A stretch of 64,000 nucleotides of DNA, from assembly GCF_009914755.1 (NCBI RefSeq), contig NC_060938.1. One strand, written 5' to 3'. Shown one piece after another: positions 11,846 through 29,179 of this stretch. The translations under genes were made by a program, and so were the position numbers. Source of the stretch: the human T2T-CHM13v2.0 reference genome, Homo sapiens. Positions within the stretch are counted from its first letter, which is position 1, and each line of letters opens with the position of its first letter. Under the pieces are notes generated by a model. That model searched no databases and was not told the origin of the DNA. It saw nothing but the letters and a program-made list of their open reading frames with translations.

Positions 11846-13391
11846 TTTGTTGCATTTAAATCTGATCTTATTCTCTCATTTCACAGTTGTTAGAACTGTG
11901 GCCAGAGTCAGCCCCAGGTCAGAATGCTGGTCAGCAGCAGACTCACATCCCAGCCCTACCTTCCTGATACCTGATGTGGTGCTCAGAAAAACAAGGAATC
12001 CCAGGCTGTTACCCAGTGTCTCCATGTGCCCTCCACAGATGCACTCAACTGTCCTCTCTTCTGCTCTTCCTCCTACAAACTGGGCAACTGGAATCAGAAC
12101 AGAGACTTTGGATGAGCATCCAGTGTAACCCAGCCTAGTTTTTCACCACGACTTCCAGATCTACATTTAACATCCGACAGCAACTATAATTCTACTTTCT
12201 GAACCTCCAGGGAAGTTGCTTCCTTGTCCCTTTCAGCAAAGGATGTCATGGTTTTACAATGTCTCCAGTGAAAAAGTTCTTCTTCTCTACATCTTCCTCC
12301 CACTCCTACAACCCTTGATCCCCACGTGAGATCTCATTTCCTCCAGCTGGGTCTTCTGCAGAGTGATTAGAGCTTCTGCCCTCCTTGCAGCATCTCTATT
12401 GTAAAAGGATTGCTGAAGCTTATTAAGCCTTGCAGCTCCTAGGAGGAAAGGTACCATATAGAAATAAAACAAATCAACAAATTAGTGTGTTTTGTAGAAG
12501 TTGAATAGGACTCCACCTATCTGCATGAGTGTGCACACTGTGCAGTCGCACAGGCAGTCTCAAATGGGAATTTGGAAAAAGCTAAGCTTTTTCACTTGAG
12601 AAAGGTTTACATATTCTTTGCACCTGGGCACACACAGCACAGGCTGTTCTCAGGACTCCCACCAGATTAGGCCTGGGACATGACAGAGCCTGTCAGGTCC
12701 ACGTTTGCTTTCCAGTCTCCTTGCTTCCAGTCTAGCTGTGGCCTGACTCCAAGTCCAGTGTAAGATTTTTTTTTTTCAGCAATAAGGAATCGGTTCATTC
12801 ACCTGTACGAAAACCAGTGGGAGGATCATGCATAAGGCTCATATCCTTGCTGTGAATTTCAAAGGACTGGCTAAGTAAATAAAATTATCATGCCAACCTG
12901 AGCTGGTATAGATTGCATTGATTGCTGCTAATAGCCAAAATGGACATTTTAAAAGTGCTCTACACTGCATTCTACACAACTTGGGACAGAAAAATAGCTG
13001 TTGCTCTTAAGGAGCTGATGGTCTCCTTCAAGGGTAAGCTGGAACAGGCTGACCCAGGAAAAGGCACTCCCAGTTGAATGCTTTCACTTGCGTGGGAAGT
13101 CCAGCTGTCTCAATGGGGCCCAGGAGACAGACTGACGAGGGACGAATTCCTGTGTTTGGGACTGGGCTTGAAAAGTCTCCTGTTTGTAACACTCAACTTG
13201 TAGAAGAGCAGAAAGAATTTCCAGCTGTCGACAGGATGAGGGGAGCCCTCCTGATTCTGTCTGGGGATGTGTTTGCACTCCAGAATCTGCTATCCTTCCT
13301 CTTGCTATCCTTCCCGGCTACCACATGAAACACCTGGTCCTATGGGCCAGCTCTGGAACAAGATGACTCTTTGCCATCAAGGAATACAAGT

Positions 13392-13682
13392 GGCCAAAGG
13401 ACAAATATTGTGTGATTCCACTTACATGAGGTACCTAGAGGAGTCAAATTCACAGAGACAGAAAGTAGAGTGGTGATTACCAGAGGTTGGGGTGGAGAGA
13501 GGGGAACGGGGAGTTAATGTTTTATGGATACAAAGTTTCTGTTTTTCAAGATGAAGAAGTTGTGGAGATAGATAATGGTGATGGCTGGACATCAGTGAGA
13601 ATGTACTTAACACCCCTAAACAGTACAGTTAAAAATGGTTACAGTGATAAATTTTATGTTACGTATATTTGACCATAAAAAG
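13392..13682 (+). mobile_element. L1M (L1MB-like) 3' end
   Basis: gtgattccacttacatgaggtacctagag...cagagacagaaagtagagtggtg...aattttatgttacgtatattt. Confidence 0.88.
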
Positions 13683-13772
13683 GAAGGAAAAAAGGAAAGA
13701 AGGAAGGAAGGGAGGGAAGGAAGGAGGGAGAGGGGAAGGGAGGAAGGGGGAGGGAGAGAGGGAGGAAGGAAA
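13681..13772. repeat. (GGAA)n/GA-rich purine tract at the L1 tail
   Basis: Directly visible. Confidence 0.9.
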
Positions 13773-13935
13773 TGCAAGTGGGAACTCAGCCCTGGTCAGA
13801 GCACTGCTGGGAAAAGATAGGTGACTCTTTATCTTGCTGTAAAGAGAGGTGTGTTTGTGTGTGTGTGTCCCTGCAGGAGTGAAAATGGACCCACAAACCA
13901 CATGGTTAATGAGGTGAGCATACTGGACCAAGCTA

Positions 13936-14635
<700 letters not shown>

Positions 14636-15228
14636 AGAAGTTGTTCCTTAAATGGCTAAGAGCCTTCATAATATTCTTGGGAGGGCGAGTGGCAGCCCAT
14701 TTCTCCATAACTTGCTCAGAAGCACATTTTAGTTGTTTTAAGAATGACTCGATTTTTGGAGTCAGAGAGGTTGGGGCTAGAGTTTAGGGCCTGCTGTTGT
14801 GTGGCCATTCAGAACGCCCAATTTAAATCTAAATGCGTAAAATCAAAAGAGTGGTGAATGTGAACATGCTTTTTTATAAACTGTAAAGTGCCTCACTGTG
14901 ATCCTTTATTCTTTCAATTCAGCCTATGAGTGCAAGTTAGCAATAGACTTTAAAGAACTCATACTGCAGGAAAGTAAGCATAGATACTAAAATACAAAAT
15001 TCAACCTCTACTGCCTATGACACGATTTTTCAGGCCTCAGAGGCAGCCTGGTAGCAACCACAGCTAAGAACAAAGGTCCTAAGAGCTGGACTTTTTGAAA
15101 AAATAGATTCTGTAGCCTTTGTAGGGAGGAGTTGGTCTGAGTTGAACCATATTGCTGAGAAGAGTCTCTCATTAAGCCTTTATCCATTATCAACACTGGG
15201 GCATAAAATCATTTATACCAAATACTTA

Positions 15229-18842
<3,614 letters not shown>

Positions 18843-19047
18843 AAATCTTAAGAACAGGTTTTGATAAAGAAATGATGAATGATAGCAGGCAGGCCCAGAA
18901 ACTAGACCTGATAACCTGGCTGGGGGTTCCAAGATATAAGGAAGCAGCAGAAAAACTCTAGCATCTGCAAGCCATGCAGGAACAGGTATGGCAATGGAGA
19001 CAGAGGCAAAAAATTTTGGAAATTACTACAAACAAATCTCATCTGTG

Positions 19048-19511
19048 TTCCCAGGTGGCTGGCTATCTTACATTTGCTCTCCAGATTCACTCGCCACCCT
19101 TTGGCCTGTCAACCTGTCTAGATTGCATCAATGGGGCACCGTTGACCTCTAGTTTCTAGTTGTGCTCAGGCAAAAAGAGACACAAACAGGAAACTACAAG
19201 ACAGAAAGGATGTTTATTCCCCTAGATCCTTTCCTGTCAAATCACTGTGGATTAGTTTTGCCCCTCTACCAAAAGTTGCACTGTCACCATCCTATTGGGA
19301 GGCCCTCTCCTTACAGGTACTCTCTGTGGATTCTCCTAACTATTCCTTCCTCTTGACCCTTTGGATTTAGGGAGGGTAATGCCTCTTCAATGTGATTAAG
19401 CTTAAAGTATTGCACCTTCCTTTGTTAGTTCCCCTAAATCCTGTCCATAGCTTGATAAATAATCCCTTCATTAAATTCTCCTCTTTTTCCCCACCAGAAT
19501 TCTAACTGATA
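19048..19511 (+). mobile_element. LTR33-like (ERVL) solo LTR
   Basis: ctccagattcactcgccaccc...gattgcatcaatgggg...cccttcattaaattctc...ctaactgatac. Confidence 0.7.
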
Positions 19512-20074
19512 CTACAGGGTTGTTGATGCTGCCTCTAAATGTAAACCATCTACTGCCCAGTAATTGTAAGACCATAGGCAGATCACTTTACTGACTCTAG
19601 CCTCAGTTTGCCCTTAGCCTAGCCCTGACAACTTGAGCCTAGCCCTGACTACTTGAGAAACTCAAATTCAGGAGGCTGTACCATAACAGCAGACCTGAGG
19701 AAAGAAGTGCCCCCTCCACCTTCCCTACCTTTTTTTTTCTTTTGTCCCCCATTCTTAGAATTCCTAGCTCAGCTGCTCTGCTTCACAGGCTAACCCAAGT
19801 CTTTTCCTCTAGGTCTTAGCCACAGATATAGCCTGGTCAGTGCTAAGAGAGGAGGAGGCCAGATAAAGACCACTCACGTAGAGACAACTATCATTTGGGG
19901 ATCATGCTCAAGGTCAAGTTCACACAAGCAACTCAGCTTTTAACCCTAGCCAGTAGGGCTTAACACACAAGGGACTCTTTTCCCTCCTGACACATGCTCC
20001 CTGGAGAAGATTTATTTTTTTATTTTTTAACTAGAAAGACAAATCAATAGAATGAGTAAATTAAAAAGTTAAAA

Positions 20075-20365
<291 letters not shown>

Positions 20366-23300
20366 GTTAAAAGATAGAGATTTTAAATAAAGAAGGAAAA
20401 GTCATGAGTTTTAAAAGGTTAGTCCTAAGGTCAAGGAAGCAAGTTAGACAGAGTCATTTACTGCAGCCTCCCCCAGGCTGAAGCACATTTAGAAATGGAA
20501 ACCAAAGGTATGGTGGAAGGAATCCATGAGCAGGAGGAGTCAAAGAGTTGGTGACAGTCTACTCTGAAAGACATTAGGCCACAACGAACATATAACCTCT
20601 CAGGCAAACATCCCCAGATCCCTGTCCTAAGAAAGGGAAAATGAAATGGTCTCCCACCTTTCTGTGAAAACCCATTAAACCTACTTGCCTTCCTGAGGAG
20701 GTTATTTTCTGCATAGTGCACCTTTTCTGTCTTCTCCTTAATCAAAGGGACACTTAACTCCCCTTTTGAGGCTTCTAATGTGGCAAGCCTATTCAGTCTC
20801 CAAGGTTGATGTTTTTCCTAGACTTTCACTTGATCCTTGCCCCAAATATAATGTACCTTTCCCCTACCCATGTTGTGACTCAGTACCAAAGCCTCCAGGG
20901 CCACTACCCCGGGGTTAGCCTCTCTCTCTCTCCCTTTCCTTCCAGGAGTCTTTCCAAGATCTGAGGTAAGATTGATGCTTCTCTGGGAATCAGACCTCCT
21001 TACCCTTCCTCTTGCATAGGCTTAAACATGATATTGCATCTTTCTTTTAGAGAAAAAGTCTATATTTTCTTGTTATTTATTATCATTAAAGGCAATACAG
21101 GCTTACCCAAGAACTAGGCAGGTTATTGGACTGGATCTACCCAGGAGTCCAGAGATTCCCAAGTGAGTCAGCAGACGCCTGAGATAGTAGGGGCCTAAGA
21201 ATAGCAACCTTCCCTACAGCCTCTGCATGACCCCTTCTGACCTGTCCCCACCATGGGTAGCTGTTGTAATCTGACTCACTGTGTCCCTCCAGACAGCTCT
21301 GGTTTCTGATAAGAACCTTCCATGAAAGAAGAGCCTTGCTCACTTCTGCACTAGCTGCTCACATTATTGGTTCAAGGCTTAGAGAGTATAGTCCTTTGAC
21401 CCCTAACCCTTGATCCTGGCCCCAGTGAACTATTCCTACTGGGCATAGGAAGAAATGCCTATACCTGACATTTTTTACTGAAGGGAGAGCAGAGACAATC
21501 TACCCAATGATTTGCTATTGTTAATTAATACCCCAAATCCCTAAGTAGGAGTGACTGAAAGGCTTAAGGCCCTTTAACTCTTCCTATTCTCAAGTGAATC
21601 TAAAGTTTATTTTCCCTATATCCTTTAATCATGTTTCAGGTCCTCACCTGTCTGTCCACAGCCTGAATACAATTGGTCTGGGATGGGATTTGGAAAAAGC
21701 AGACACAATGCCTTGTAGTTGATGAGTGGCAGCTCGGGAGTTTCTGTAAAGGAGAACCTATGGATGGAATATTGGCTGATACAGGAGCCAGGGGGTTTTC
21801 ATCAGGCTGTTTTGTATAGTAAACACTCTATTTTTCCACTTAGATTGCATGTTTATTTACTTAGAAAGACTTTAGGGGAAGCCAATGGAGACTGGAGGGG
21901 ACGGGGCAAGGCCCTCCCAAACCACTCCTTGGCAATCCCTGCCTAAGATGGCTTAACCCCTCATTGGATTCTCTCACTTCTCACTTATTTTTCCTTCCTT
22001 TATCATTCATTCAATCCTGGGAATACCACGCTTATTGTTTCATTCATCCATCCACCCACCTGTCCATGCATCCATCCATCCATTCATGATGGCAGCTCCT
22101 TCTCAATGGAAAGCAAAAGCCCCTTGCCAGAGAGAACCTCTATATTTTTCATCCAGGCCTGTGGGGTCATCCTCTTTGGCTTCAAATGCCAAGTGATGCC
22201 CAAGGGTGCTGATGGTGTCACTGCACTTCTCCACAGCCACCTTTCTTCTCTTGCCATTCTCTCCCACTCCTTTCTCCTCTACTCTTAAGTTCCTTTTTTC
22301 TCTCCTTTTCCTTTCTCCACTGTCTATGCTTTAGGCCTACCCAAGCCACCGTGGATATTTTGTAGCCATTCAAAACTAAAAAGGGCAGCTGAGCCCAATT
22401 CCAGAAGAGTTGATAGCTCCTGGCTCCTGGATCCTCCATGACTTCAGCCACCCGCTGTTTCCCTGGGGCAGAGCTAAGCTGGACTTCTCCTTACTGGCCC
22501 CCAGGGTCTGGGCTAAGGCCACATTGGGGCCCCAAGGACATCAAGTCTTCAGGCTGGAGCTTTCTCCTACGGGAGAAAAAAATAAGCTCCCAAAGCAGAA
22601 AAAGTTGTCTTTTCTCCTGTTGCTATTGGAAACATAACAACAAAGCCAAGATGTAGTGGCTTAGCAAGAATAAAACAATGCTGTCAGCAGCCAGGGCCCA
22701 GCTGATCTCCTCAGTGGTGACGTGGGTTCTGTGCACAGTGACAAGGAGTGTAATTGAACCCAGAGCTTTGGGGTGCAGGAGGCAGGCCAAGCAGCCCCAA
22801 CGCCATTCCCCTTTCCCATGTCACTCATGCCTCTGGTTGGGGGTGGCAGATGGGTCAGCACAGGCCCACAGAGGGTTCCTCTTCATGTCTTTACTTCTCT
22901 CCTAAAGAGGGATAAGCCTGGAACCTGGGCACCTGGAATGACTGGGCAAGCATGCCTCTAACCTGGCCTCCATTCCTGAGCTCCAGTTACCCTGTTACCA
23001 TCCAGCCCCATCTGTTCTAGAGTCACTGCCTTTAGGCTGGAGGGACCTTGGCAATCGTCTGGTCCTGGCTGCCTCAGGAGCAGAATCCTCACTTGGGATT
23101 AGACCCTTCACAGACGCCAGATGCTCTAAGTACAGGGGCATCATGGAGGAGGAGCCATTCTGACTTCCAGTATACTTGATGAGGAACAACTGATTCAGTC
23201 AACCCATATCATCTTGGGTCAGGATTGGTGCTGATTCATTTTGATTCCTGCAGGCATGGTCTCTCTCCTCCTGAAGCTGAGTCTAGTGGGGAAGACAAAT

Positions 23301-24319
23301 ATGGATCAAGTAATTAAAGCGGGAGGCTGTTTACCAAAAGGGAGTTCTTAGGAGGTCACAAGTCTAGGAAGAGGGTGGTCACGGAAGGCCTTTCTGAGGT
23401 GATGGCATTTAAATTAAAGGCAAGAGTGCATTTCTGTCACTCACTTCCTCACCCCCAGAGCCTAACACAGGGCTGGCACATGGTAGATACTCAGTTGTTT
23501 CATGAATGAATGAATGAATGGGCAATGAACAAATATCTCTACATTTCCTGATAGCCCTTGGTGACTTACAGGATTTGATGCTGGGTCTATTAATGTATCC
23601 ATTTACAAAAAAAAAAAAAAAAAACTGGATGTCACGATTCCTCCTGAGGTCTATTTGTGTTATGGACGTGCTATGTGCTGTTCATTCAATTTTAGAGGTG
23701 TTTATGCTGGGTCACAGCTGGGGAAAACGATACCCCTGAGATCCCGCAGGGAGTCTTCTAGACTCGCCCCCTCCTGACACCCTCAGACCGCACCATGGAG
23801 AACTCTGTAAATTAATTCATCAAAGTGAGGAAGGCAGGCCCCTTGACAGGTGACTGGATTCAGATCTGAAAGCGGAGACAGGTTAATACTTCCTGTGCCC
23901 AGATGTCCTAACCACAGACCCAAGCTCACGGGAGGCAAGGGGAGAATAGCACCACGGACCTACCTTCTTTTTCTCATAAGAGGGTGAAGGGTTCTTGGAA
24001 ATTCCCCTAAAGCATTCAAATGAGCAAATCCAGGGCTGTTTGCTGTCAGGTTTCTGGGCAGGATTATGGGCAGACTGACCAGCTGTTCCCTCCCCCAGGA
24101 CTGCCTTAATTTCCAAGCCCTACTTCTCAGTCCCAGGGAAAGTTGGCCCAGCTATAAAATGCCCTGAAACTCTCCCAGAACTCAAAACATACCCACAGTA
24201 CGGTGTCACTCTTGGGGAACCTGTCCGTAATGAACAGCAACAAGCATCTTCTTTCCCTTCCCTCTCCAACACGCACCTTTCCAAGAAGAGAAATGAGAGC
24301 TAGTGACATTGAGTATAGG

Positions 24320-24510
24320 CAAGGCCACCACATATAGTTTCACAGGCTGTTCACTGCAAAAGGCCAACATGCATAGAAGGCAGATGGGGGCTGAAATTCA
24401 GCCTGCACTCATCCTGCCAAGCTGTGCCCTGGCATGGCTGTATCCACAAAGAGGAAGGGGTGCCTTTTCTAACTTGTACATAGGTGCCATATGGGCTAGT
24501 AGTGACCCTG
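24320..24510 (+). mobile_element. MER91A-like hAT-Tip100 MITE
   Basis: gggggctgaaattcagcc...ggaaggggtgccttttctaac...tatgggctagtagtgaccctg. Confidence 0.75.
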
Positions 24511-25844
24511 GGTGGAGAGCCCAAAGAGTGACATCTGGGGAGGAAAATAAGCCAATCATTCCCTTGCTACCACCTAAACATTCTAGCCAGGTGTTCCTCA
24601 AGTGATCAGATATGCTAATAAGGCAGACTTCTTAGAAGTAATAGAATATGATGGATAAACCAGTAGGGCCGGTAGGGCTTTGTGTTTTATTTTTCTATGT
24701 CTTGAATTCACATGACAGTGAAAATCAAACTACTGAGATGTACTAGGGAAAGATCAAATGTCTTCTTTCTGTTAAACTGCTTTTAGGGAGAGTAAAGATT
24801 TGCAGTGAGTATAACCCCTCTGGGTTGGAAACACCAGGAGTCTGGAATGTAGCCCAAACACTGGGCTCTAGCTTTGCTTACCTTGAGCCTTTTGGTCAGG
24901 AAGGGGGCCTCTGAAAGACGAGGGGAAGTCGGCATTTTCTCAAGAGAACAACCTCCCCCGTGGAGGTCCAGGCATCTCACCAGAGAACACATCTCATACT
25001 CAGGATGATTAGCTCTTGGTTTCGTCTGAATGGTGGCATAATATGGATGTGTTGCTTAGAAAAGAATCTGATTTCAGCACATGTTTGATGGGTGTAGAAC
25101 CAAGGGCTGTGGTCCCCTTTGCCGATCACTTTACATTGTGGGGATATTTGGAAAAGGCAACTCATACTTAGGGGCAAGGGCAGTCACCCCCTCTCAGAAA
25201 TACGTCCCCAGCATGATATCCTTTGTTATCTGCCCATATGCCCAGTCTAAAGGGGGCTATGGTTCTGGGGAAGCTAAGAGGGAAGGTGGGCAGGGAGTGA
25301 GGCCTGCCAATCACAGCTCTCCTAGCACTTCCGGGCCCTCGATATGCCAGAGCATGAAGTGGGGTCAAGGGATGGAACTGAAATGCTTCCTGAGACTCTG
25401 GGATCCCCCTAACCGCAGTTCCCTACCCTCATAATTCCAAATCCTCTGTGGCTCTTGGACCAGGCAATTACCTGGGAACCACCTCTGGACTGGCCAGAGG
25501 GAAGCCCAAGCTTCTCCTAAGTTTCAGGAAGAGAAGCCTAGGTTCTCGGTGCTGTTGAAACTCAGCGCATGCGTGGGCAGTTCAGGAAAGTCAGACCAAT
25601 GTCATATGACTCCTGCGCGATCCTCTCAGGAAACAGGGCCCCAGGCAATTTCGTTCCTAAGTGAGACTTCTTCCCTCATCATCCCTTTTGTTTTTTCTAA
25701 GCAAAAGTTACTTGGACCTTGCAGATAATTTCATATCCAGAGCCCTCCCATGCCTCGTGGGAGTACATAGGATAGGAGCCGGTGGTTCCGAAGCGCCTGC
25801 AGGTGCCACACATGGAGCTAAGGGGTCACTTTGCCAGGAGGATC

Positions 25845-25990
25845 TTATGAAATCCTCAGACAACCCTGAGATGAAGAACTGTTACTGTTCTTATTTTTAC
25901 TGATAAGATGCTAAAGGTTCAGAGAGTTTAAGTAGCTTGCACGAGGTCACACAGCCAATAAGTGGTGGAGCTGGGACCTGGACTAGTCCC
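25845..25990 (-). mobile_element. MIR
   Basis: aatcctcagacaaccctgagatg...ttcagagagtttaagtagcttgcacgaggtcacacagc. Confidence 0.8.
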
Positions 25991-26349
25991 AGCCCTAGTG
26001 CCCACACTCATACCACCTTATAGCATGGGAATTCCAGGTCTTTCACAAAGTTGGAAGACTGGGATATAATGAGGAGGGAAGGCCATAGCTCCCCTACACC
26101 CATGGTCAGCCAAGCTCTGCCCATGTCGTGAGATGTGTATCGGAGCTACAACTCCTCCAGGCATTTTACCTGAGAGCAGGGACTCTGTCTCCCTTGAACT
26201 TTTCTGCATACGCTGTGCCTCAAGCCAGGCCTGATTCACAAAATAATGTTTATTGGCAGAATGAAGGACCGCCTCCCAAGCTGCCCTCATCCTGCTTTTC
26301 TCCTCCCTCTCTCCTAAGCTCTGAGTAGACACTGGGCTCGCCAGGCTTT

Positions 26350-26492
26350 CTATTTTTATTTATTTTTTATGAAACAGGGTCTCACTCTGTTGCCCAGGCT
26401 GTAGTGCAGTGGTGCAAACATAGCTCACTGCAGCCTCGACCTCCCAGACCCAAGCCATCCTCCCTCTTTGGCCTCCCGAGTAGCTGGGCCCA
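26350..26492 (-). mobile_element. Partial AluJ/Alu monomer
   Basis: gaaacagggtctcactctgttgcccaggctg...gctcactgcagcctcgacc. Confidence 0.9.
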
Positions 26493-27244
26493 CAGAAGGC
26501 AGGGTTCCTGCACAGGCACCAGGTTCTACTCAAGCTGACCTATGTTCCCACTTCTGACCCTAGCATGTTAAACATCCATGTCCCTAGATGGGCAGATGGG
26601 GGAGGTCTTGAACATGTGTCCTTCCTACAATGGGTTCTCAGCTGCTCCTGGTATCTCTATGAATGGGTTCTGAAGGTTTTCTCTCATCCACACAGTTTTA
26701 GCTCTTCTTTGGGTTTCCAGGGCTGCCCCCCAAGAAGCAAATCTAAGCAGGAGGTTAGCAACTGCGTTCTTGGCCCTGGTCTCCTTCCCCTGAGTGGCCA
26801 CAGTGTGGGTGAGGTTCAGACTCCCCCATGGTGTGGCTGGCTCCTGGGTGGGCCCAAATAGCATGTTCATCAGTTATCAAATGTCAAAGATCAGAAGCCA
26901 AGCCATATAAACACCTCAAGATGCTGTTCCAGCAGTTATCCCCCGTATTTATCCACTGGAACAGCTTGACAAATCTGTCAGTGCTAAGGAGGGTAGGAAT
27001 CAAATCATATAGGTCCCTATCTTCAAGGTGTCCACCATCGGGCTGAGGAGGCTTATATACATGGCACAGTTAGTGAGCAGTGCAAGGTTTGTGTGGTGCA
27101 GTGTGCCAGGCACAGCTCAGAAAGCAGGGATGGTGTTGGTGGGATGCAGGGGCAAAAAATCCTGATAAATAAAGCCTTTCAAAGTAGCTGAGCTATCAGG
27201 AGGTCCTCTCCTATCTTCCATACCCCATCTAGCATTTCATTCCT

Positions 27245-27768
27245 CTTGAACTACCTACTGCTACACAACAGACACTCTAAAACTTAGTGTCTCAAAACAA
27301 TGCATTTTTATCTCTCACATCTCTGTTGACTGGGCTCAGCTCACTCAGGATGTCTTGCAGTTGGAACGGCTAGGGCTGAAATCATCTGAAGGTTCTACTG
27401 AGCTGGACATCCAAGGTCACCATCACTCACTCACATGGCTGGCAGTGATGCTGAATGTTGGCTGAGAGCTCAGCTGGGGCTCTTGACTGCAGCAACTATT
27501 TCTGGCCTCACTCTGTGGCTTGGACTTCTCACAGGATGGTGGCTGATTTCTAGAGCAAGTGTCCCATATTGAAGGTTCTAAGAGATCCAGGCAGATATTG
27601 CAAAGCTTCTTACAACCAAGCCTTGGAAGTTCCAGAATGTTGCTCCTAGCATATTCTGTTGGTCAAGCAAGTCACTATAGGTAGACCAGATTTAAGAGGT
27701 GAGAAGCAGCTCATGAATCTGAGGAGGGAAAGAACTAAAGGCTGCCATCTTGGAGACTGTCTATTACA
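27245..27768 (-). mobile_element. MLT1 (MLT1G/H-like) solo LTR
   Basis: aaaacttagtg..aaaacaa, ggctgaaatcatctgaagg, ctcacatggctggcag, attctgttggtcaagcaagtcac. Confidence 0.8.
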
Positions 27769-28030
27769 GCTTCCTTTATATAAAGATAACATGCCTTTGA
27801 TGAACCGAGACAGAAAATGAACTCTCAACTGGGAAAGGAAAAAGAATCTGTCCCTGTGTCTAGAAGAAGGTACTTCTTCAAGTCCCACCCCAGCCTGTTT
27901 TCTTACCTCATACCCCAAGGTACATTCTTTGACTATGTCCTAGGCCCAGAATTCTGGAGTCAGAATGCGGAAGAGAGTGGAAAAAACCACTTACATCATC
28001 CTAACTAACCAGCCCACATTTAAGAATGAG

Positions 28031-28141
28031 ATTGCTACGTGACTGTTGCCATGAAATTGTTTATCTGCCCTTGCTGCAGTGTGGCCTTTAAGGGACACAA
28101 TCTGGTGCCAATGATGTCCCAGCAGCAGTTGCCATGGAGAC
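28031..28141. promoter_or_regulatory. RFX X-box motif cluster
   Basis: GTTGCCATGGAGAC at 28128-28141, GTTGCCATGAAAT at 28045-28057, ATTGCTACGTGAC at 28031-28043. Confidence 0.45.
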
Positions 28142-29179
28142 CTGGAGGTCAAGGTTGGTAAGGGAGCTTCTTGCCAAGATGATGTCACATAAAAATCCCT
28201 TTGCTTTCTTGTGACCACCAGGTTATTCAGCTATGAAGGAAAAAGAAAGCCATAAATTCCTCAGATGTGTGTCCACAGTTGGAGCAGGGTGGGCTACTGC
28301 AGACTCCTAGCATACAAGTCACGAGACCTCCTTTGAGTCCTTGCACTCCCCCTGACTTGTCTGATGGGGGAGATCCATCTAACCTCACTGGACATGCTCC
28401 AGGAGCCGCGTTTGGAAGGCTGTGAAATCATCTGGTTGGGACTGCCTTTCTCACCCATCTGAATAATTCAAGCACAATAACTCACTTCTAAGCCTGCCGT
28501 TGGCTTCCCACAGCCTCTGTCTGCCAGTCCCCATTACCTATGGGGTGCAATCACTGTCCATATAATGCAGAACTGGGGTACTTTGCACATGCCACCTCCC
28601 CCCAACTCACTCCTAGTCTACCCTACTTCAGAAACCTTATCTCCTTCCCCAACAACACAATGTATTTAAATAGCTACTAATTTCCTCTTCTTTCTTTCTT
28701 CTGCATAAAATTTCATTAATTATACATTTCTTGGTTCATGACACAATGTCATCTTTGTACCATGCACACTTCACTTGTATTTAGCTATTCAGTTATTTTT
28801 TTTTAAATAAATAAACACCATCCAGTCAGCCCACAACCCAAAACAAAAGCCAGGCCCTTGACGACAACCAGTATGTCTTCCAAATTCCAAGTGACAGTGA
28901 ACAGAAAAATGAAAGAGCCGTTCACCCAGCATAAACAAGGCGGAAGAAGCCCACGCCTATCAAAAGTTTCCATCTTCTAGCATCCGAAGATGGCGCATCT
29001 TCCAAATGTCTTGGTTTTTACATGACCCAAGTGTCCCAGTCTTTCCAGTCATTGAAAATTTGGGTTCTCAAGTGGTGTATCATTTTATCTTGAGCTGTGT
29101 GTCCTATAGAAACATGGAAGATGACTATTTCTTTTTTCGGCTAAACATGCAGCAGCCAGCAGACTAGAGCCAGCTTCTG

